Positions 57,701 to 64,000 of a stretch of DNA of 64,000 nt are shown here, piece by piece. The translations under genes and the position numbers were made by a program. The DNA is taken from positions 1,736,001-1,800,000 of the forward strand of contig NW_027271666.1 of NCBI RefSeq assembly GCF_040938485.1, written 5' to 3'. A model generated the notes under the pieces. The model was not told the origin of the DNA. It saw only the letters and a list, made by a program, of their open reading frames with translations, and made no database searches. The stretch's first letter is position 1; each line of letters begins with the position of its first letter. The stretch is from Diadema antillarum (Eukaryota).

Positions 57701-58991
57701 GACTTGACTCGTGATGTAGCGTTTAGTACTATATAAAAAATATTTACATCGGTGTATATATACAGTATATATATATATATATGACACTATGTACTCATTA
57801 GATTCAATTATTCTGTCCTAATGCCCTTGGAAAAAAGGTATGAAGTTGAAATCAAACTATCTTTCAATTCTACATTTGATGCCTGTCTGGTCTTTTCTGG
57901 TCTTAAATAGTCATCCATGTATCTGAATGTTGAATTCAAGACTAATTTGTTGATGTTAATATTTGGAGGAGAGGTGCCTTTCCCAATTAATCAAACATTT
58001 ACTTCAAATGTGTGTTTGCCAGGGCTGTTTCACATTCGAAAGTTACCACGGCTGAACTCCCTGACGGCCTGTTTACCAGACTCAGTAGATCTTGCCTTCA
58101 AACTGCGCAGGAAAAAGCTCACGATAGAGGTAAGACCATTGAAACATTCTTATAAAGAAACGTAAGATATTCATCTGTAAGCCAGGAATGTCAGACTTTT
58201 GTGAGTAAGTTAGAAGCTGCTCCATTTATGAGATAGTGAGAATACATTAGTGTCTTCATTAATTCCCCTTCATACTGTTTTCTGGGTTGGTTGTCCCCGT
58301 TTGACCAAGCATGCAGTTCTTTCTGTCGATCATTTCTTGTGTTTTATGTGCTTGAAACTAGGTAGAGGGTATTGATTCTTGCTAAACATAGATGTTGATG
58401 ATCAAACTATCTCACATCCTTTTTGGAAAGTAGGTCCACTGGTATGGGTTTGTGAGAATGTCATAAATGTTCCAATATTTATACAGTCAACCTTGCTTAT
58501 GTTGAATCCAAAGGCAAATCCAAAGTTACCAGAGAATATCCTTTGTTTTCCATAAATTTCTGCTTATGCAATAGAATTACTACATATGACTATATCTGTC
58601 ACGGACAGAATTTTCCTGTGACTTGGCAGATTTTTTGACTTGTGTGAGGTCGACTAAGATGAGGTTGACCATTTGTGAATATGAAGTTAATGTAATTTGG
58701 AAGCAATGCTGTATGCATAAATCACATACATTTTTTCAGTGTCATTCCATGATTTGCATTGGGAAGGATAATTTTTTTTTGTATGCTGGATCCAGAGTTT
58801 CTTCCGCTCATCTCACATTCCATTTCCCATCTTCCTTTCTCCAAATCTGGCAGAAGCTGCATCTACCTCCCAACCTGTCGGAGACAGTGAGTCGCTCCCA
58901 GGAGGACCCCGCCAAGCTTGCAGCGCGAAGTGCCGCAGCCGGTGCCTTTTCCTGCGCTTCCTCGCTCTCGGACAGAAAGCTGGACTTCTGA
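43366..58991 (+). CDS. ELP4: Gene span: Elongator complex protein 4, 10 exons, 412 aa
   Basis: join(43366-43510,48692-48727,50205-50326,51052-51195,51810-51940,54429-54537,55665-55862,57332-57440,58023-58129,58854-58991) = 1239 nt. [39 protein letters not shown] and the C-terminal LDF match recalled ELP4. Confidence 0.96.
43689..43991. mobile_element. MITE with CAGAGACTCCAAC TIRs and a 6-bp TSD
   Basis: GTTTAG|CAGAGACTCCAAC...GTTGGAGTCTCTG|GTTTAG. Confidence 0.85.
44471..44779. mobile_element. Foldback/MITE-like element with a perfect 19-bp IR and an internal cctaaccctaa tract
   Basis: TCGTGAAATAGGCCCCACC (44471) / GGTGGGGCCTATTTCACGA (44761). A partial duplicate follows at 44780-44915. Confidence 0.65.
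45546..45820 (-). pseudogene. Frameshifted first exon of a P2X7-ballast/nanor-like (KolX-like) transposon accessory gene
   Basis: The ATG frame gives an acidic N-terminus ([28 protein letters not shown]...). Shifted frames give RYEPA and NDRLGNTEW, ending at a GTATG donor. Confidence 0.45.
46254..46475. mobile_element. Small TIR element spanning the gap
   Basis: AGACGGCACAGATTGGGG / CCCCAATCTGTGCCGTCT inverted arms flank the N run. Confidence 0.55.
46304..46444. other. Assembly gap (141 N)
   Basis: Run of N. Confidence 0.98.
46605..46727. mobile_element. Short MITE with GGGCCCTGTTTT TIRs
   Basis: GGGCCCTGTTTT...AAAACAGGGCCC. Confidence 0.6.
46816..46893 (+). tRNA. tRNA-like gene / SINE head, copy 1 (AGC anticodon, defective acceptor stem)
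   Basis: D arm GCTC-AGTCGGTA-GAGC, anticodon arm CCGGT-CTAGCAA-TCCGG, T arm TCGGG-TTCGAAT-CCCGA, then TTTT. Confidence 0.55.
47142..47219 (+). tRNA. tRNA-like copy 2 (T-stem C>T variant)
   Basis: As copy 1 except 47207 T. Confidence 0.5.
47468..47545 (+). tRNA. tRNA-like copy 3
   Basis: Identical to copy 1. Confidence 0.55.
47794..47871 (+). tRNA. tRNA-like copy 4
   Basis: Identical to copy 1. Confidence 0.55.
48120..48197 (+). tRNA. tRNA-like copy 5
   Basis: Identical to copy 1. Confidence 0.55.
48446..48523 (+). tRNA. tRNA-like copy 6
   Basis: Identical to copy 1; not followed by a spacer. Confidence 0.55.
48692..48727 (+). CDS. ELP4: ELP4 exon 2 (36 nt)
   Basis: [12 protein letters not shown]; AG/GTAAGT flanks. 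Confidence 0.94.
50205..50326 (+). CDS. ELP4: ELP4 exon 3
   Basis: [41 protein letters not shown]. Confidence 0.96.
51052..51195 (+). CDS. ELP4: ELP4 exon 4
   Basis: [10 protein letters not shown]...[17 protein letters not shown]. Confidence 0.94.
51810..51940 (+). CDS. ELP4: ELP4 exon 5
   Basis: [43 protein letters not shown]. Confidence 0.92.
51967..52558. mobile_element. TTAA-target MITE (AGGGGAAAT termini)
   Basis: TTAA|AGGGGAAATCTAGTCCAAA...TTTGGACTGGATTTCCCCT|TTAA. Confidence 0.82.
52590..52804. mobile_element. Second copy of the 35506-35723 IR element
   Basis: ACATTTGCTCCTGC...GCAGGAGCAAATGT. Confidence 0.7.
53061..54181 (+). mobile_element. HINE-like element with a (GTCC/GT)n tract and a ~157-bp internal tandem repeat (about 6 copies)
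   Basis: subTIRs TGTCCCCGCCG / CGGCGGGGACA, 3' hairpin ATTAC...GTAAT, T-rich ends, and tgacctttgacc-rich repeats. Confidence 0.75.
54429..54537 (+). CDS. ELP4: ELP4 exon 6
   Basis: [36 protein letters not shown]. Confidence 0.9.
55283..55451. mobile_element. MITE with CAC/GTGGCGGATCCAG TIRs
   Basis: CACGGGCGGATCCAGG...CCTGGATCCGCCACTG. Confidence 0.7.
55665..55862 (+). CDS. ELP4: ELP4 exon 7
   Basis: [20 protein letters not shown]...[27 protein letters not shown]. Confidence 0.96.
56557..56894. mobile_element. TTAA-target MITE (Kolobok-like), degenerate TSD
   Basis: AGGGATGG...CCATCCCT; same body as the 21722 copy. Confidence 0.7.
57332..57440 (+). CDS. ELP4: ELP4 exon 8
   Basis: [36 protein letters not shown]. 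Confidence 0.96.
58023..58129 (+). CDS. ELP4: ELP4 exon 9
   Basis: [36 protein letters not shown]. Confidence 0.96.
58854..58991 (+). CDS. ELP4: ELP4 terminal exon 10
   Basis: [45 protein letters not shown]. Confidence 0.96.
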   Translation, partial: KLHLPPNLSETVSRSQEDPAKLAARSAAAGAFSCASSLSDRKLDF

Positions 58992-60526
58992 CACTGGAGA
59001 AATGTTTAGTGTTCGTTCCAAGTTTAACTCAGAGCAGGCCAGGATATGTGCACGCACAAATGCCTCAGGAGGCCAGCCACTTTTCCACATGAGCGCATTC
59101 GAACTGGCAACTCTCAAAACAACTGCTTTGTATTGGCAAACAAAAAATGTAACATGGACATGTTATGTATCATTTTAATGAGAAGTAAATTGTCTTTATT
59201 TACATTATGAATCACTGGCTTTCAATTCATTCAATGAATGTAGCATTCAACGTAGTTCTGACTAGCAGCTGCATCACTGCTTTTTCAACTACTTGTACTA
59301 GGATGGGATATCCCGTTTGTGGCCTCTGAGGGCATTTGTGCCCACTATGGGATATTCCGCATCTGGGATGATATGGGTTAATAGATTGTTGGTTCTTTGC
59401 TGCCAGTCCTGGAGGGGTCTTTCTCAAGAGTCTGTGGTGTTAAACATCGTAGCATAGTATTCCTTGGGCAAATCATCCCTAGCCTTGTAAAATGAACTAT
59501 TGCACACGAGGGCATTATTCGCAGGCTGGTCTGGACTTGCAACCATACATGTTATGAAAGCAGGACCAGTGCCAAAACCCACATAACCAGCACACAAAAT
59601 ATAAGAACATAGCCACTCCAATTGTTATTCATATAAATTCTGAAAATATGTCTGTCTGTCTGTCTGTCTGTCTATCAGTATGATCAACATTGAGAATTAT
59701 AAACTAGTGGGGTGCAGTTTAACTACCTGGTATTTGCTGAGTTTAAGCATTGGAGGAACATAAGGAAGACATGTTCTAGCAATGTGATGTACATGTGAGA
59801 TTCCATTCCAACCCTCTCCTGTTAATTTATTTTATGCATCAACACATATCTTAGACCCCAAATTCTGCCAGCAGTAAGTTATGCTATCAAAATTCTTCTT
59901 TCTTTCTTTTTTTAACAGATATCTAAACATGTTCTAGCAATGTGATGTACATGTGAGATTCCATTCAAACCCTCTCCTGTTAATTTATTTTATGCATCAA
60001 AACATGTCTTAGACCTCTCTGACAGCAGTAAGTTATGCTTTCAAGATTATTATTTTTTTTTTATAAACAGAAACCTTTCTTCTTCTTTTTTGTATTTCAG
60101 CAACATCACTTTCTACTAAGGTTTTCAGTTTCAATGTCTACGACGTTGTCAGGGTATCTTGCTGCTGGGTTGCACCTGTAGCTTGTTTCTTTGTAAAAGA
60201 GTTGCCAGGAATTGTTGTCATTTAAAACTGAAGGTATCATCAAAACAATCTTATTTCAAGGTAAAACTCCCTTTTTATTCAGTAAATCTCAGAGATGATA
60301 CTGCCCTCTTTGTTACTCTTGGTACCAGTGTCTCTGTCCGCTCACGTACAACTCGGTACCAAACTAGTTTTTTGTATAAATGTACATTGCAAAGAATATT
60401 ATGTCAATGGTAATAAAATGTTGATGACATTACAGCATGATTATGTTCCTGTCAATTGACATTTGCTTGTGAGTTGATGATGTAGAGACAATGTGATGAA
60501 TTGACGGAGTAATTAAATTCAGTATA

Positions 60527-60975
60527 CAGTTCAACCTCTCTTATCCGGCCTCCCTTTATCCGGATCTCTCTATTATACGGACGCAATCTCGCCGTGATTT
60601 TTTTTTTTTATAATTACGGGAGGAAAGGGGGATTCCCAACTCCTTGAGAACTCCTACACAAACACACATGAATTACATATACTTGATACATTTCTTAATA
60701 ATTATTTTAGGTAAATCATCCCAAGAATTTATAAAGGAAAATGATTTCATTCTTGCAAACACGAACCTCTATTTTGGAGTCTGTTACTGAGTGTAACAAT
60801 GAAAAGGTTGCAGTATACACATTACATTGTACTACATGTGGTACTACAATGGGCTACATCAGTACATGTGTATGTATATGTACATGTATAAAGCATTGAG
60901 TCTCCTGTATCGGGCCAAATCCCTTATCCGGATGAGCCCCGGTCCCGACTTGTCCGGATACGAGAGGTTCAACTG
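60527..60975. mobile_element. Tc1/pogo-type MITE
   Basis: TA|CAGTTCAACCTCTC...GAGAGGTTCAACTG|TA with tatccgg subterminal repeats. Confidence 0.82.
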
Positions 60976-61938
60976 TAATTGATGACAGTCAATCAATATA
61001 AACAATACAAAAGAGTTGGTTACCCACCAGCGTCAAAACACCTCAGAAATGGGCCCCAAATGGTATATTACAGCCATCAACTGTGCACCCCTGAAAATGG
61101 TGTAAGACGTAGCCCAAATGTCCTCACCACAGGATTCACAATCCCCTATATGCAGTATTTCATTATGGTACCATGTGCATGTCTAAATAACATTTTTATT
61201 GTAATGTACTTCTCTAGTTTGAAAGTAACTAATAAACACTTTCCTGGTATTCAATGTTGAATTCAGTTAAAAAGATGTCAGATCTACATGTGAAGAGTTT
61301 GTTCGCAAAAACCGATAAGTCCATATTTGCCAAATGGAGATATTTGCGATTAAAGGTCAAGAAAAATAAAGAGAATAACAAAATTTTTGCTTCTTTTGAC
61401 CATAACTTCAAAAATGTACCTTTATATGTAGCGACCAATATATCATTTAGAAGGTATTATTTTGTACTTTATGACAGAGACCGTACTTCAAAATCTTCAA
61501 AAAATCGGTTTTTGCAAACAAACCCTTCATGTAATTACATTTAATCCACAACACTCACAGTGAACTTCATATTATTCTTTTGAACAGACTGTTTCTGTAT
61601 TGCATTAAATTTTTGGATGTTTATTTTGCGAGGGCCTAGTAACAAAATAATTCATTTGTTTTCTCCCAACCATCCAGTTCCATAGGCAAGAATTCACTTA
61701 AATGTTGCTATGTAGGACTAGCCTTCGACAAGCTTGGTGGTTGTTAAGGGCAGCGTATGTTAACAAAGCATGCACAAAATCTGAATACATTACAGAACTA
61801 GCCTATTCTACCTCCCTGAATGTTAAAAAAACATACATGCTTAAGTATTTTGTGAAATGGGAACCCTACAATGACAGAAAAAACAAACAAACTTTTTTTT
61901 TCTTTTTTAAAGGAAAATGTTGATGCCATTGTATATAT

Positions 61939-63184
61939 GTGACCGTGCACTTCAAAACGAACATAAAGTTGCACACACTGATTTTGCGTGAGGACTGAAA
62001 ATAAAATGGAGTCAAAAGGGGCCTGAGCTTTCGATCCTAGCAGAATCTTCGTCAGAGGCAAAATGACAAACAGGCAGGGAAAGCAATCACATATAAGGAC
62101 TTCACACAACAAGAACAGACAGGGACAGGCTGGGTACACAAAACAAAGAAAACAAAGGAGAGGGTGGGAAGTCATGGGCAAGGAGCCCAACAGGTAAAGG
62201 GAGGGGATTAGAGCGAGCAGGAGGGTGGACAGACAAAAGGCAGAGGAGAGCGGACAGACAAAAGGCGGAGGAGGGTCAGTAATGATCATGAGGATCAAGG
62301 AGGCAACCATTGAAGGAAAGGATGAATAGGGAGGCAACATCAAAGAAGATAAGGAACACCAGAAGGATATGGAAAGGGAAAGAGTGAAAAAAGCAACAGC
62401 AAGGGAAGGGGGGGGGGGGGGGGGGGGGGGCTGAACAAACAGGGAGCCCTAAAGGTGTACCAGGAGGAGGCAACAAAAGGAAGTAATCAAACATATCAAA
62501 GTATATACACATATAGTAATGGCAAAAGTGACAAAGGAATAACAGTAATGAAAATAAGTGAAATGGGTCAACCTAGCCGAACTTGACTTTTTCCTATTTT
62601 CTGAAAGAGCGGGTCTTCTTTTACATTATGCTAAAATTTGGTATCATAAAACCAACGGGCAGGAAAGTGTGGTTTCTAAGCAGTTTATCTCGAACATTTT
62701 TGGTAGAATAGTGTGATCAGGTGTGTCTTTTGAATCCCTTTTTCATTTCTGAGAAACCTTGTCCATACTCCTCACTTTCAACTCTAATAACTTTTGAAAG
62801 GATAGTGCTACTGCTTTGAAAGTTGGCATTGATTATGGCAAGAATGTGTTAATGAGGCATGCTTAATTTCAGTTTAATCTGATAATCCCTTCATTGTTGT
62901 TACTCTGGTGGTTTACTTCCTGTTTTTTGTCCCATTCATCGCACAGCCAGCACGGTTTGGTGAAGATTAAGCACTTGAATAGACATTGTACTTCAGAGCC
63001 TCTTTTCTCAGTTCACACTTTTCCTGAGTTTGTGCTTTCTTTCCAATATTTAGATAGATAAGGAGAGTCCATTTGATTTGATTCATACATCATTTTAAAG
63101 CTTAAAGTCTGCTCTTTCAGAATATGGTCTTAACTAAAAATTCATGTCTGGCGACTTTTTGTTTGTTTTGAGGTGCAGGGTCAC
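61939..63184. mobile_element. Non-autonomous TIR element with an ATAT TSD (Sola1-like), carrying a purine-rich insert
   Basis: ATAT|GTGACCGTGCAC ... GTGCAGGGTCAC|ATAT. Confidence 0.65.
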
Positions 63185-63202
63185 ATATATAAGAACAGAA
63201 CC

Positions 63203-63233
<31 letters not shown>

Positions 63234-63236
63234 ATT

Positions 63237-63269
<33 letters not shown>

Positions 63270-64000
63270 TTTTTTTTTTGGGGGGGGGGGATGCAGGTGT
63301 ATGGCATGTCAGATGGAAAGTGCCCCCCCCCCCCTTTGACAGTAGAGGGATGATGTTGGTGAAAGTGATGAAAAAAGTGAGAATGAAGGGAGAGATGGTG
63401 GTAAGTGACTTTGTTATTGGATGTCTTGATTGAGTGTAAAGATAAGAATAAAGGTGTGTTACTGATAGCATTAATATGAAAGTGAAAGGTGATGGCTTAG
63501 TTACATGTGGCAGACATTGAGAGAGAAATAATGCTGATATATGTACTGAAATTGTGAAGAAAGATGCTGTTCTAAGCAATGATGATAATGCATCCACTTG
63601 AGGCACTTTATGTCAACAAGGCAATTTTCATGAGGATATACGATAGTGCATATGCTGGCAACATTCTTACAAAATTCATTAAAACAAATACATAATGTTT
63701 ATGGTACATGGATAATGAGCCAGCAGATACCTAAAATGTAAGGTAAATACCCTATAGATGAATCTGGAATTTTCAACAATTAAGGCTTATTTTGTATACA
63801 AAATTGATTTAGAGCATAAAAATGTTTGTGGGAAAGACCAAAATAAAATGGATATTTTGCGTGAGTAATTTTTCACACAGTGTTGAGGTAAGATGAATTT
63901 CACATGTTATCAATTCTGTGGTTGCATGAAATGAGAGAAAATGTCCACACTGCAAAAATTTTCACTTTTACAGTGAATGACAATGAGAAGCATATGCCTA

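Noticed and set aside
61798-62343. 181-aa hydrophobic minus-strand ORF
   Set aside because: It is a translation of a pyrimidine-rich low-complexity tract inside a TIR element.
59000-64000. Pax6 3' exons expected right of ELP4 from vertebrate synteny
   Set aside because: No homeodomain or PST-rich C-terminal exon was recognised in the remaining 5 kb. The gene could lie beyond the window.

Overview
This is eukaryotic, intron-rich and repeat-dense DNA. The gene content and repeat families suggest a marine invertebrate, probably an echinoderm (inference). I reconstructed four spliced genes exon by exon from GT-AG sites, frame continuity and recalled homology. They are an ACC-synthase-like PLP aminotransferase (ACCS-like, +, 7062-20078, 12 coding exons, 429 aa), RWDD3/RSUME (+, 24335-29216, 5 exons), IMMP1L (-, 42572-36203, 5 coding exons, 152 aa) and ELP4 (+, 43366-58991, 10 exons, 412 aa). 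IMMP1L and ELP4 are head-to-head, as in vertebrates. The window opens inside a young LTR element with a tRNA-Leu PBS, a single intact Gag ORF and no pol. ELP4 intron 1 holds a near-perfect array of six tRNA-like genes (326-bp period) and a decayed P2X7-ballast/KolX-like exon. IMMP1L intron 2 holds a 3.77-kb TIR element with eight copies of a quasi-palindromic 14-mer. There are also many MITEs, three Helentron-like non-autonomous elements, a ~165-bp satellite and two assembly gaps. Most short ORFs in the supplied track are spurious. All homology calls come from recalled sequences, not from database searches.
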